Positions 1 to 9,542 of a stretch of DNA of 64,000 bases are shown here, piece by piece; positions within the stretch are counted from its first letter, which is position 1; each line of letters starts with the position of its first letter. Source of the stretch: Chitinophagaceae bacterium (GTDB lineage: Bacteria > Bacteroidota > Bacteroidia > Chitinophagales > Chitinophagaceae). The position numbers and the translations under genes are program-made. The stretch is from positions 3,078 through 67,077 of the forward strand of contig CANBSW010000001.1 of assembly GCA_947372235.1 (NCBI GenBank). Reading direction: 5' to 3'. The notes below the pieces were generated by a model. That model was not told the origin of the DNA. It saw only the letters and a program-made list of their open reading frames with translations, and made no database searches.

Positions 1-1043
1 TTTATAGAATGTGCGATCGCCTCAATACTATGAACAAAAAAACAGCAGGGAACACCGGATGCTTCAAGATTTTGTAAAATAGATCGAACTGATTGGTTGT
101 TTTTTTTGGCAATATCCCGGATATAAACGGCATGTATCCTTCCAGGAAATTTATTTACAATAGAATGATATATATAAGGATCCTGTTGCGAACTGTCGCC
201 AAGTAAAATAAATTTATGAGCCGGGAAATCTTTCAATAAACGAACGATACGTGCAAATTTCCTGCTGTGATTATTCTTTCCTTGATAAAGAAAATCGATA
301 AATGTTTTGATCTTGCTTAATATTAGAATTCCTTTTGGCAAGCCATTGGATTCGATAAATTCAGAAATATATGCAAAGAGGTTCCATTCACTACTGGAAA
401 CATAAAAAAACGGGTTACTTTCATTTGCTTTGTTATGTGCAGAAGCCAGTAACCGATAGTGTTTTACAACACCTTCAAACGGTTTTCTGGTATGAGGATT
501 TCGGGTGAATAAAACTGCAAGCTTCTTACGAAGATTAGTTGAATGTGATATTAAAAAGGTATCATCAATGTCTGAAATAAAGGCAAACTGTGATAAATGC
601 GGAACAAAAAATTTAACATTGGAACTGGCAATTATTTCATCATTTTTGTTGAATAAAACTACGCTAACAGTATGCCAGCCAAAGACCAGCGTTGTATTTG
701 AGTGCCAGTTAAGTTTGATAAAACCATTTTTGTCTGTTTTACCAGTAACCAACTGGTTTTTACATTGTAACTGAACGGTAGCATTTCCAATTGGTTTAAC
801 TATAAACAGCCTGATCAACGCCAACAGGTTATACAAAAAAAAGGTACTATATATTTTCCTGGGTAAAGGTGATATTGAAAATGCATGGCCATACAATACC
901 AGATGTTCTGTATATCCATATCCCGGGTATAATGTAAGGGTTGGTTGATTTGAAAATCCTAGCCAACGCCAAAAAAAATATTTCCAGCCACGTTTGTGTT
1001 GTGGAACTAAAGTGTCTGAAGACCTGAATTTTGTAGTTTGCAT
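1..1043 (-). CDS. App1-family (DUF2183) phosphatidate phosphatase-like protein; 3' end runs off the window edge
   Basis: Hand translation of the minus strand from ATG at 1043: MQTTKFRSSDTLVPQHKRGWKYFFWRWLGF...FISDIDDTFLISHS...FYVSSSEWNLF...FILLGDSSQQDPYIY...AVYIRDI...AIAHSIK. It has the DxDxT (SDIDDT), YVSSS and GDSxQxD motifs. No stop codon inside the window, which is why the ORF track misses it. Confidence 0.88.
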   Translation of the reverse strand, partial: MQTTKFRSSDTLVPQHKRGWKYFFWRWLGFSNQPTLTLYPGYGYTEHLVLYGHAFSISPLPRKIYSTFFLYNLLALIRLFIVKPIGNATVQLQCKNQLVTGKTDKNGFIKLNWHSNTTLVFGWHTVSVVLFNKNDEIIASSNVKFFVPHLSQFAFISDIDDTFLISHSTNLRKKLAVLFTRNPHTRKPFEGVVKHYRLLASAHNKANESNPFFYVSSSEWNLFAYISEFIESNGLPKGILILSKIKTFIDFLYQGKNNHSRKFARIVRLLKDFPAHKFILLGDSSQQDPYIYHSIVNKFPGRIHAVYIRDIAKKNNQSVRSILQNLEASGVPCCFFVHSIEAIAHSI

Positions 1044-1071
1044 TTATCAGTTCTTAAATTATCTTCTTTGC

Positions 1072-1953
1072 ATGCAAAATAGTACACATTTAAAACTACT
1101 CTTTGTCATTAACCCTGTTTCAGGAGGCATTGACAAAGAAATATTCAAAGAAGGGATACGTAATTATTTTTGCCAAACTGAATACGAAATTGTTCTGGTT
1201 ACACTAAACGGCAAAACGGATGACGCTTTACTTCAGAGCCAGATACGCTCATTTCAGCCAGACAAAGTTATAGCAGTAGGCGGGGATGGCACTATTAAAT
1301 TAGTTGCCGAACAATTGATAGGTACGAATATAGCTTTGGGTATTTTACCTGCAGGATCTGCCAATGGACTGGCTACAGAATTGGGTATGCCTTATCGATT
1401 GAATCAAGCCTTGGATATTATTATCGGTAATTCAATAAAAAAGATAGATCTGGTTCTGATCAATGAGAAAGAAATATCCATTCATTTAAGTGATCTTGGA
1501 CTGAATGCTTTACTATTAAAATATTATTCAAAGGGTTCAATACGAGGGAAGTGGGCATATGCCAGACTATTTATTCCCGTATTGCTTCGCAGGCGACTTT
1601 TTAAAACTACCCTGGAATATGATGGTATAAAGATTAATTGCTCAGCCTTTATGATCGTTTTAGCCAATGCCCGGTCATATGGTACGGGATTGGTGATCAA
1701 TCCACTTGGTGAAATGGGAGATGGTAAATTTGAAGTGATCATTATCAGGGAATTATCATTTTGGGAATTGCTGAAAATGATGTTTACCCATCGGCCATTC
1801 GATCCCAGTAAAACTGAAGTTATGCAAACAAGTGAGATAACTATTACAACCCGGAAAAAAGTATTCTTTCAGATAGATGGAGAATACATGGATAAGGTTA
1901 CCTGTGTAAAAGCGCGAATTTTGCCATCCGCAATAAATCTTATTTGTCCTTAA
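1072..1953 (+). CDS. Diacylglycerol/lipid kinase family protein (YegS/DgkB-like)
   Basis: INPVSG, GGDGT, LPAGSANG and QIDGE motifs. Likely start is ATG 1072, not TTG 994, which would overlap App1. Confidence 0.92.
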   Translation: MQNSTHLKLLFVINPVSGGIDKEIFKEGIRNYFCQTEYEIVLVTLNGKTDDALLQSQIRSFQPDKVIAVGGDGTIKLVAEQLIGTNIALGILPAGSANGLATELGMPYRLNQALDIIIGNSIKKIDLVLINEKEISIHLSDLGLNALLLKYYSKGSIRGKWAYARLFIPVLLRRRLFKTTLEYDGIKINCSAFMIVLANARSYGTGLVINPLGEMGDGKFEVIIIRELSFWELLKMMFTHRPFDPSKTEVMQTSEITITTRKKVFFQIDGEYMDKVTCVKARILPSAINLICP

Positions 1954-1998
1954 AGTTAGTTCCTCAAACTTTATTCATTGAATTTGGTAGTAATAACC

Positions 1999-2063
1999 TG
2001 TGAATGGTGTAAACATTTCCACACTTTATATAACAGTAAGAATTAATTAGTGATACAACTTTG
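1999..2063 (+). promoter_or_regulatory. Shared promoter motif, copy 1
   Basis: TGTGAATGGTGTAA(1999-2012)-N16-TATAA(2029)-N22-CAACTTTG(2056). Confidence 0.7.
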
Positions 2064-2157
2064 TAATACAAAAGACAATCACTCATGGAATTTCTTTTTA
2101 GCATAATTGGTATACTTATATTTTCATTCTTACTGATAAAACTGTCTTTTGTTAAAC

Positions 2158-2646
2158 ATGAAAACAAAACAACTATTGTTAACCGTATTTATTGGTATCC
2201 TGTTATTTACAGGAAACCTGATGGCACAAAGTTATCAAACAGGTCTGGGGGTAAGATTCGGTGGGTTAACCAACGGCCTGACAGTGAAATCATTTTTAAG
2301 TAAATCTTCCGCTGTTGAAGGAATTTTAAGTGTGGGTCATAAAAATTTCATCGTTACAGGATTATATGAAATGCATTCATCGATGGATCATTCCAGTCAG
2401 TTCAATGTATTTTATGGTTTTGGAGGCCATATAGGTTTTTTTCAGGATGGAGGAACTTATTATTACCATGATAACCGTTTATATACCAGTACAACTGTTG
2501 CAGGAGTAGACGGAATAATTGGACTGGATTATAAATTCAGAACCGCCCCTGTTAACATTAGTATGGACTTTAAACCATTTGTAGATTTCTTTAATGGTGG
2601 TATTGTTTATTTCGATGGGGGTATCAGTTTACGATATACGTTTTAA
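2158..2646 (+). CDS. Secreted hypothetical protein, probable small outer-membrane beta-barrel
   Basis: Signal peptide MKTKQLLLTVFIGILLFTGNLMAQ, alternating amphipathic strands, C-terminal ...SLRYTF aromatic beta-signal. Confidence 0.75.
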   Translation: MKTKQLLLTVFIGILLFTGNLMAQSYQTGLGVRFGGLTNGLTVKSFLSKSSAVEGILSVGHKNFIVTGLYEMHSSMDHSSQFNVFYGFGGHIGFFQDGGTYYYHDNRLYTSTTVAGVDGIIGLDYKFRTAPVNISMDFKPFVDFFNGGIVYFDGGISLRYTF

Positions 2647-2712
2647 ACTTTAAAAGAAGAACTTGAAAAATTTATTTTATACACATATCAATTAATCAAT
2701 TAAATCAATTCT

Positions 2713-2868
2713 ATGGGAAACTTATTATACACCATCGCAGTTATCCTCGTTATTATTTGGGCAATCGGATTTGTTGGATATGGTACCGGCGGTATCATAC
2801 ATATTCTTCTGGTAATAGCCATTATTATTGTGCTCTTGCGTGTGATTCAGGGTAGAAGGCCACTATAG
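2713..2868 (+). CDS. lmo0937-family (DUF5670) small membrane protein, 51 aa
   Basis: Hand translation: MGNLLYTIAVILVIIWAIGFVGYGTGGIIHILLVIAIIIVLLRVIQGRRPL*. Family pattern W-x-x-G...GG-x-IH-x-LLV-x-A. Below the ORF-track cutoff. Confidence 0.88.
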   Translation: MGNLLYTIAVILVIIWAIGFVGYGTGGIIHILLVIAIIIVLLRVIQGRRPL

Positions 2869-2948
2869 AGTGTTTTTTGAAGCAAAAAAATTATTTGCTT
2901 AACCCCTGGATCCGGCACAATATTTTCGGATAAGTCAATTGACTGTAT

Positions 2949-2980
2949 CACCCATCTGTAAAAAGATGGGTGTTTTTTTT
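2949..2980 (+). terminator. Intrinsic terminator
   Basis: CACCCATCT-GTAAAA-AGATGGGTG followed by T8. Confidence 0.8.
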
Positions 2981-3142
2981 ATGTATACTGGTTGCAATTC
3001 TTTTTTTATAACAGGAGAAATAAATCATCGCCAATTTCAAGTTAACGGGTTATGAAATCAAATAAAAACAGCGTTTCAATAACACAAAAAAGTATAATCA
3101 GTTTGATAAAATCTTTAACAGTCAAACATGTTAATTTAAATG

Positions 3143-3207
3143 TGTGAATCATGTAATCTTTTCATCTCAACGTGTAATGATATAGAAATCGTTGTGCATC
3201 AACTTTA
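3143..3207 (+). promoter_or_regulatory. Shared promoter motif, copy 2 (upstream of OmpA)
   Basis: TGTGAATCATGTAA(3143-3156)-N16-TGTAA(3173)-N22-CAACTTTA(3200). Confidence 0.75.
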
Positions 3208-3254
3208 CAATACGAATCATTACCTAATTAAGGGTTTGATATAAATCTACTGTT

Positions 3255-4664
3255 ATGAATAAAATTTTATTAAAATGTATTTGTTTATTTTCTGCAGCAT
3301 TTATTTGCATATCGGGAAGTATTGCACAAGATACAATGCGACAATCCACTGTAGAAGTGGCACCTCCCTTATTTAAAGGAAATCAAGGTTTCAGAACATG
3401 GTCTATCGGCGTTCATGCAGGAGCCATGGCACCATTTTCTGCATTTGGCGGAAGAAATGATTTCTCTAAATGGCAACCGGCTTTAGGGTATGGATTTTAT
3501 ATTAAAGACCAGATCTCACATACTTTTGGTATACAGGCCGATTTTATGCGTGGAACACTAAAAGCAAATAATGATAAATTATGGGTTGGGCTTCCACCTC
3601 CGGGACCATATGCTTCATTTAAAACAGACCTTAACTGGACAGCTGCTTTAAGTGCCGTTGTTATATTGGGAAATATCAACTGGTCACAATTACATACTTC
3701 TATACAGCCTTATGCTACAATAGGAGGTGGAGTAATGAGTTTCAATCCGCATCTTATTACCAAAGGTGGATTGGCAGTTGATTACAAACCATCTGGTAGT
3801 GTTTATGATTTTTATGTTCCTTTTGGAATGGGTTTAAAAGCAAATTTATCTCCCCGTGTAAATCTTGATCTGGGTTATACCATTGCTTTTGTTGATGGAG
3901 ATGATATGGATGGATATTTTAAAGATCCTATTCTAAGTGATAAATTTTCTTATTTACACCTTGGACTTGAATTTTCATTAGGTAAAGCAAACAAACCACA
4001 ATTGGCCCGTCACAATGCTCCTGCACAAATGCAGGACGAGATCAACAGTGCAGATAATGCATTGCGTGCATCTCTGGCAGCCAGCGAAGAGCGTTATAAC
4101 AGACGTTTAGCTGAATTGAATGCTTTGAAAGATGATATGGCCCGTATGAAAATGGATTCAGATGGTGATGGCGTAAGTGATTATTTTGATAAATGTCCTA
4201 ACACCCCTTTTGGTGTAAAAGTAGATGGAGCCGGTTGTGCATTGCCACTTCCTGCACCTGCAACGGTGGATACCATTGTTAAAATACAACAGAACACCAC
4301 TTATATTGTAACCAAAGAAGATAAAGAATTAGCAAACGATACTTTCCGTAACCTGGAATTTGATTTTGCAAAATCTACGATCAGACCACGCTCTTTTGTA
4401 TTTCTTAACAGACTTGCTGATCTGATGGTTAAAAAAGGAATCAGCCTGAAAGTTTCCGGACATACAGATAATGTAGGCTCAGATGCAGCAAATATGGAAT
4501 TGTCAAAAGACAGAGCTGAATCAGTTAAACACTATCTGATGAGTCAGGGAGTTAAAGAAGCCCGTATAGAAGCTACCTGGTTTGGAGAAAGACAACCCAT
4601 CGCTACTAATAAAACAGCAGAAGGACGTCAGAAAAACAGAAGAGTAGAACATACGATCTATTAA
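3255..4664 (+). CDS. OmpA-family protein (N-terminal beta-barrel, coiled coil, Ca-binding DSDGDG motif, C-terminal OmpA_C domain)
   Basis: Signal peptide; DSDGDGVSDYFDKCPNTP; FDFAKS, GHTDNVG, NMELSKDRA and NRRVE peptidoglycan-binding motifs. Confidence 0.92.
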   Translation: MNKILLKCICLFSAAFICISGSIAQDTMRQSTVEVAPPLFKGNQGFRTWSIGVHAGAMAPFSAFGGRNDFSKWQPALGYGFYIKDQISHTFGIQADFMRGTLKANNDKLWVGLPPPGPYASFKTDLNWTAALSAVVILGNINWSQLHTSIQPYATIGGGVMSFNPHLITKGGLAVDYKPSGSVYDFYVPFGMGLKANLSPRVNLDLGYTIAFVDGDDMDGYFKDPILSDKFSYLHLGLEFSLGKANKPQLARHNAPAQMQDEINSADNALRASLAASEERYNRRLAELNALKDDMARMKMDSDGDGVSDYFDKCPNTPFGVKVDGAGCALPLPAPATVDTIVKIQQNTTYIVTKEDKELANDTFRNLEFDFAKSTIRPRSFVFLNRLADLMVKKGISLKVSGHTDNVGSDAANMELSKDRAESVKHYLMSQGVKEARIEATWFGERQPIATNKTAEGRQKNRRVEHTIY

Positions 4665-4685
4665 TAGTTAAAAACCAATATTCTG

Positions 4686-4718
4686 GCCTGTAAGTTGTAA
4701 AAACTTACAGGCTTTTTT
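4686..4718 (+). terminator. Intrinsic terminator after OmpA
   Basis: GCCTGTAAGTT-GTAAA-AACTTACAGGC followed by T6. Confidence 0.85.
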
Positions 4719-4907
4719 ATAGTAAAGAACATAGCAGTGGTATGAGATTTTTGGGAACAGGGATGATTAGAAATGGTTAAAAAAGCAGCATAGTTTTCAC
4801 TTTTCTAACTACCTTTACTTACACATCCGTTTTCCAATCTTTCCCGCTATACTTTATCTTATCTTTGTTAAGTAATTGCATTCTCTGCAATTGTTAAAAT
4901 CTATATC

Positions 4908-5783
4908 ATGTCATTTGTTGATTATTATAAAGTATTAGAGATCGATAAAAATGCTTCTGAAGATGATGTCAAAAAAGCTTACCGCAAGCTGGCAAGAAAA
5001 CTACACCCGGATCTGAATCCTAATGACAAAGAAGCCAATAAAAAATTTCAACAGATCAACGAGGCCAATGAAGTGTTAAGTGATCCGGAGAAAAGAAAAA
5101 AATATAATCTCTATGGTGAGAATTGGGAGCATGGTGCTGAGTATGAACAAGCCAGAAAAAATCAATCTGAAAATAAAAACCGCACTTATAACGGGGGATT
5201 TGGTGAAGAGGATTATTCAGATTTTTTTGGTTCAATGTTTGGTGGAAGTGGTCGTGGAACTCAGACAAAATTCAGAGGGCAGGATTATAACAGCGAATTA
5301 CAGATCAATCTCACCAATGCCTACACTACCCATCAGCAAACATTATTGGTGAATGGAAAGAATGTACGAATTACCATTCCGGCAGGTATTGCCAATGCGC
5401 AAACCATCAAACTAAAAGGCTATGGCGGCAAAGGGATCAATGGCGGCCCTGACGGTGATCTTTTTATCACTTTCAATATAACCAACGATACTAAATTCAA
5501 ACGTATAAACAACGATTTATATGCTTCGGTCGATCTGCCTTTATATACTGCCGTATTAGGAGGTGAAATGATGGTGGATACGATAGATGGAAAGATTAAA
5601 TTAAAGATATCACCCGAAACACAGAATGGTACAAAAACAAGAATAAAAGGTAAGGGGTTCCCGTTTTATAAAAAAGATGGACAATTTGGTGATCTGTATA
5701 TTACCTATAGTATTAAAATACCTACACAATTATCTGAAAAAGAAAAAGAGTTGTTTGCAGAGTTATCCAAAATAATTCACTAA
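4908..5783 (+). CDS. cbpA: DnaJ-class co-chaperone, CbpA-like (J domain plus DnaJ_C, no Zn finger)
   Basis: DYYKVL, HPD motif (KLHPDLNP), G/F-rich linker, DnaJ_C with GDLYITY; followed by cbpM. Confidence 0.85.
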   Translation: MSFVDYYKVLEIDKNASEDDVKKAYRKLARKLHPDLNPNDKEANKKFQQINEANEVLSDPEKRKKYNLYGENWEHGAEYEQARKNQSENKNRTYNGGFGEEDYSDFFGSMFGGSGRGTQTKFRGQDYNSELQINLTNAYTTHQQTLLVNGKNVRITIPAGIANAQTIKLKGYGGKGINGGPDGDLFITFNITNDTKFKRINNDLYASVDLPLYTAVLGGEMMVDTIDGKIKLKISPETQNGTKTRIKGKGFPFYKKDGQFGDLYITYSIKIPTQLSEKEKELFAELSKIIH

Positions 5784-5787
5784 AAAA

Positions 5788-6093
5788 ATGATCATGGAAA
5801 CGCAGGAATTTATACCGCTAAATGTTCTATGTAGTCAATATGGTGTTGAAATGTCATTTGTCAGTTCTCTCCAACAATTTGGGTTGATTGAAATCGTAAC
5901 AGTTAATGAAGCTGAATGTATTCCTGTTAATCAATTAAAAGAAACCGAAAAACTGATCCGGCTTCATGATGAACTGGAGATCAACCTGCAAGGCATTGAT
6001 GTGGTTAGCCATATGTTACATCGAATGCAGGAAATGCAGAATGAGATACTAATGCTGCAAAACAGGCTTCTATTGTATGAGGATAATGAATGA
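5788..6093 (+). CDS. cbpM: Chaperone modulator CbpM (MerR-like)
   Basis: RLHDELEINLQGIDVV pattern; directly downstream of cbpA. Confidence 0.85.
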   Translation: MIMETQEFIPLNVLCSQYGVEMSFVSSLQQFGLIEIVTVNEAECIPVNQLKETEKLIRLHDELEINLQGIDVVSHMLHRMQEMQNEILMLQNRLLLYEDNE

Positions 6094-6352
6094 TTCTATT
6101 ATCCTTCTTGCGATGTTCCTAAACATAGTAATAAGTGTTACGAATAAAAGGAGGTGTATTTTATTGTATCTCTTTTGCGTGTAACTGCATATAACTGCAA
6201 ATCAGGCTCAATAAGCTCTGATTTGCGGAAACACCTGTGAATGTTGCGGTTCTTTGCGTTGCTATAGTAGCTTCCCCGCCTTAATTTGATCATTTTTTCT
6301 GCAGAGCATCCATTGTAACCGCTCAAAACCAACTTGCTATATCTTTTATATG

Positions 6353-6417
6353 TGAGAATCATGTAACAAATCAATCACCAGTTGTAACAATTATTCTGTT
6401 TTAAGTTCACAACTTCA
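6353..6417 (+). promoter_or_regulatory. Shared promoter motif, copy 3
   Basis: TGAGAATCATGTAA(6353-6366)-N16-TGTAA(6383)-N22-CAACTTCA(6410). Confidence 0.72.
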
Positions 6418-6475
6418 TATTGTGAAAAACAATTCCAATCAACCCTTGCAACCTGTTCCTGGTAAACTGTATAAT

Positions 6476-6778
6476 ATGAGAAATAATATTGGATATATCG
6501 ATAAAACCATGCGTATGCTGGTAGTGATCATTATTGGCTGCCTTGTATTTTCCAAATTGATTATTGGTGTAGCGGCTATTTTACTTTATGTATTAGCGAT
6601 CGCTTTGGTATTTACCTGTTTTAAAGGCAGTTGCCCGGTATATCGCCTATTGGGTATAAATACTAAAAGAAACCTGAATGATAAAGCAAAGATCCATGAA
6701 CGTAACCAGGCTTTACTCAAAAACAATAACAACAATTATAAATACATGTTCTCAGTACCCGGGAAGGGCATCCATTAA
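6476..6778 (+). CDS. DUF2892 (YgaP-like) two-TM membrane protein
   Basis: NIGYIDKTMR...TCFKGSCPVYRLLGINT matches the N-x-G-x-x-D-R / C-P-x-Y-x-x-x-G-x-x-T pattern. Start ATG 6476. Confidence 0.85.
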   Translation: MRNNIGYIDKTMRMLVVIIIGCLVFSKLIIGVAAILLYVLAIALVFTCFKGSCPVYRLLGINTKRNLNDKAKIHERNQALLKNNNNNYKYMFSVPGKGIH

Positions 6779-6856
6779 AGAAAAAAAAATAATCATACTA
6801 TTCCTTACACAAATCAAATTTCAATTATTATCTATTAATCTCAAACAATTATTATC

Positions 6857-7159
6857 ATGAAAAAGATCATTTCTCTTATTGTATTTGCAGCATTTATTTT
6901 GAACATTTCTGCACAAACAACAACTCCTACAAAGAAAGCTGCAGAAAAATCTATGCGTACTGATGTGACCATTTTAAAAGATGAGCGCAAAGAGCGCAAT
7001 GCTGCTATTTTAAAAGGGAAACTGAAAACTGCAAAAAAAGAGCAGGCCGAGATCACAACAGCCAGAAAGCACATGAATGCAAATAAAAAACACTTGAAAA
7101 ACAAAGGAGTTAAAACGCCAGTTAAAAAAGCCAAAGAACAGGTTGACGGCGGTAAGTAA
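6857..7159 (+). CDS. Small secreted Lys/Ala-rich hypothetical protein
   Basis: Signal peptide MKKIISLIVFAAFILNISAQ; basic helical mature part; followed by a terminator. Confidence 0.75.
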   Translation: MKKIISLIVFAAFILNISAQTTTPTKKAAEKSMRTDVTILKDERKERNAAILKGKLKTAKKEQAEITTARKHMNANKKHLKNKGVKTPVKKAKEQVDGGK

Positions 7160-7173
7160 TTATGGATAGTCAG

Positions 7174-7206
7174 ATTGCCCATACGTATCTCATATGGGCA
7201 ATTTTT
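7174..7206 (+). terminator. Intrinsic terminator or hairpin
   Basis: ATTGCCCATA...TATGGGCAAT followed by a T run. Confidence 0.7.
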
Positions 7207-7245
7207 ATGCTATAACAAGGATTAATATTTTAAACAGACAGTTTT

Positions 7246-8025
7246 ATGAAACAGGGAATAATCTTGCGGGGAAAGAAAATACTGGAGAGTATTGGAGATT
7301 ATACTGAGTTCTTCAAATCTGTTATCACAAATACCTTCCGCAGAGGGTTTGAATGGAATGAATTGATCAGACAGTGTTACCTGGTTGGTGTAAGGTCGAT
7401 AAATATTGTTTTGGTTACTGGTTTTGTGTTAGGATTTGTACTTACACTACAATCACAGCCTACACTAAAAGCTTTTGGTGCGGAGGGCTTTGTGCCTAAT
7501 ATGGTTGCAGTTTCCATTATTCGTGAAATAGGGCCGGTAATTATTTCACTTATTTGTGCCGGCAAAATTGCATCAGGTATTGGTGCAGAAATTGGAAGTA
7601 TGAAAGTTACTGAACAGATAGCCGCAATGGATGTATCCGGAGCTAATTCCATACAATACCTGGCAGTTACAAGAATACTTGCCTGTATTTTTATGGTTCC
7701 TTTACTGGTGCTCTTTGCAGATGCAATGTCATTACTGGGAGGATATGTTGGAACCAATATTTCAGGCAATATGACAGCTGTTTTATATTTCAACAAATCA
7801 TTTTCATCTTTATTATTTTCTGATTTTTTCCCATCGCTGATCAAAACTTTTTTCTTTGGATTCATTATTGGATTTGTTGCATGTTTTAAGGGATTTCATG
7901 CAAACAGAGGAACAGAAAGTGTAGGTATCGCCGCAAATTCTGCAGTGGTATCTGCATCTTTTTGGATCATTCTCATAGATGCCCTGGCTGTTCAATTAAC
8001 CAGCATTTTTGTGTACAATCAATAA
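7246..8025 (+). CDS. mlaE: MlaE-family ABC permease
   Basis: REIGPVI, GAEIGSMKVTEQI-x-AM, and GTESVG-x-A-x-x-x-AVV motifs. Confidence 0.92.
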   Translation: MKQGIILRGKKILESIGDYTEFFKSVITNTFRRGFEWNELIRQCYLVGVRSINIVLVTGFVLGFVLTLQSQPTLKAFGAEGFVPNMVAVSIIREIGPVIISLICAGKIASGIGAEIGSMKVTEQIAAMDVSGANSIQYLAVTRILACIFMVPLLVLFADAMSLLGGYVGTNISGNMTAVLYFNKSFSSLLFSDFFPSLIKTFFFGFIIGFVACFKGFHANRGTESVGIAANSAVVSASFWIILIDALAVQLTSIFVYNQ

Positions 8026-8027
8026 TC

Positions 8028-8756
8028 ATGGAAACAGTAATCGAAATAAAAGACCTTAAAATAGCATTCAACGGGAAACCTGTTTTAACGGGTATTAACC
8101 TTACACTGTGCAGGGGAGAGAACCTTGCCATTATAGGTAGGAGTGGTGAGGGTAAAAGTGTAACCATAGAATGTATTGTAGGCTTGCTAACTCCCGATGA
8201 AGGAACCATTACCGTTTTAGGAAAGGATATAACAAACCTCGATTCCGACGAGTTAAAAGAATTACTTCTACATACCGGGTTTCTGTTCCAGCAATCCGCT
8301 TTATACGATTCAATGACGGTAAGAGAGAATCTTGCATTTCCTTTAATAAGGGTATTAAAAATTAGCGACGAAGCAGAAATTGAAAAAAGATCTGTTGAAG
8401 CACTGGAAGCGGTAGGTCTTGCAGCGGCGATCGATAAAATGCCATCAGATCTTTCGGGTGGGCAACGCAAAAGAATGGCATTGGCCAGAACCCTGATAGT
8501 GAATCCGGAAATCATATTGTACGATGAACCTACTACAGGCCTGGATGCCATCACCTCCAAAGAGATCAGTGCGCTGATCATGGATATCAGAAAAAAATAC
8601 AAATCATCTTCCATTATTATCACACACGATATGTCTTGTGCAAAAATTACAGCAGACCGGATACTGATCATCAATGAAGGGAAGATCATTGCCGGAGGAA
8701 CTTACAAGGAACTGGAAAATTCATCTGATCCCTTTATCGCTTCATTTTTTAAATAG
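8028..8756 (+). CDS. mlaF: MlaF-family ABC ATP-binding protein
   Basis: GRSGEGKS (Walker A), FQQSALYDSMTVREN, LSGGQRKR, ILYDEPTTGLD. Start ATG 8028. Confidence 0.92.
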   Translation: METVIEIKDLKIAFNGKPVLTGINLTLCRGENLAIIGRSGEGKSVTIECIVGLLTPDEGTITVLGKDITNLDSDELKELLLHTGFLFQQSALYDSMTVRENLAFPLIRVLKISDEAEIEKRSVEALEAVGLAAAIDKMPSDLSGGQRKRMALARTLIVNPEIILYDEPTTGLDAITSKEISALIMDIRKKYKSSSIIITHDMSCAKITADRILIINEGKIIAGGTYKELENSSDPFIASFFK

Positions 8757-8762
8757 TGTATT

Positions 8763-9539
8763 ATGCAGGTTACTACAATAACAAAAATTAAAACAGGTGC
8801 ATTTGTATTGGCTGGTATTGTCGTTTTATTGATGATTATATTCTTTATAGGCAACCAGAAAAATCTGTTCAGGAGAACCATACAGTTACACATCAATTAC
8901 AAAACCGTTGCCGGATTGCAGGAAGGAAATTTTGTGCGGTTTGCAGGGATCAATGTGGGTTCTGTAGACATGATCGAAATAACAAGCGATACAACCGTTC
9001 GCGTAGATATTTCCATACAAAAGAAAGTACAGAAATTCATACGCACAGATAGTAAAGCCAGTATTGCCAATGATGGGTTGATGGGAGATAAACTGATTCA
9101 GATTAATTCAGGTTCTGACAGTCAGCCGATCATTACGGAAGGAGGTAATCTGGTTGCAGTTAACCCATTTGACATGGAAAAAATCATGGCAAAAATTGAG
9201 AAGGTTGGCATTAAAGTAGAAAATATTGTAAACAATATAGATACACTTTCCGGACAACTCTCCGGTATTTTCGGAAAAGTAAATAATGGGAAAGGCACAT
9301 TAGGTAAACTTATCAATAGCGAAAAATTAGCCAACGACCTGCAACAGACAGTTAATTCTGCCAAACAAACCGTAAAAACCATTGATAAAGCAGCGGATGG
9401 TATCAAGGATAATATGGATGCAGCGAAACATAATTTTCTCCTGAAAGGGTTCTTCAATAAGAAAGAGAAAAAAGGGATCGCAGATTCTACAACGAAAGCA
9501 GATAAGAAAAATGCGCCTAAACCGGAAATAAAGAACTAA
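8763..9539 (+). CDS. mlaD: MlaD/MCE-family protein
   Basis: N-terminal TM, GL-x-x-G-x-x-V-x-F-x-GI-x-VG-x-V, GLMGDK, coiled coil with GTLGKLI. Confidence 0.92.
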   Translation: MQVTTITKIKTGAFVLAGIVVLLMIIFFIGNQKNLFRRTIQLHINYKTVAGLQEGNFVRFAGINVGSVDMIEITSDTTVRVDISIQKKVQKFIRTDSKASIANDGLMGDKLIQINSGSDSQPIITEGGNLVAVNPFDMEKIMAKIEKVGIKVENIVNNIDTLSGQLSGIFGKVNNGKGTLGKLINSEKLANDLQQTVNSAKQTVKTIDKAADGIKDNMDAAKHNFLLKGFFNKKEKKGIADSTTKADKKNAPKPEIKN

Positions 9540-9542
9540 TGT

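Noticed and set aside
505-774. 89-aa plus-strand ORF in the track
   Set aside because: Antisense shadow of the App1-family gene, which has clear motifs on the minus strand.
6138-6374. 78-aa minus-strand ORF between cbpM and DUF2892
   Set aside because: No recognisable motif, and its start overlaps promoter motif copy 3. It cannot be excluded, but there is not enough support to call it.
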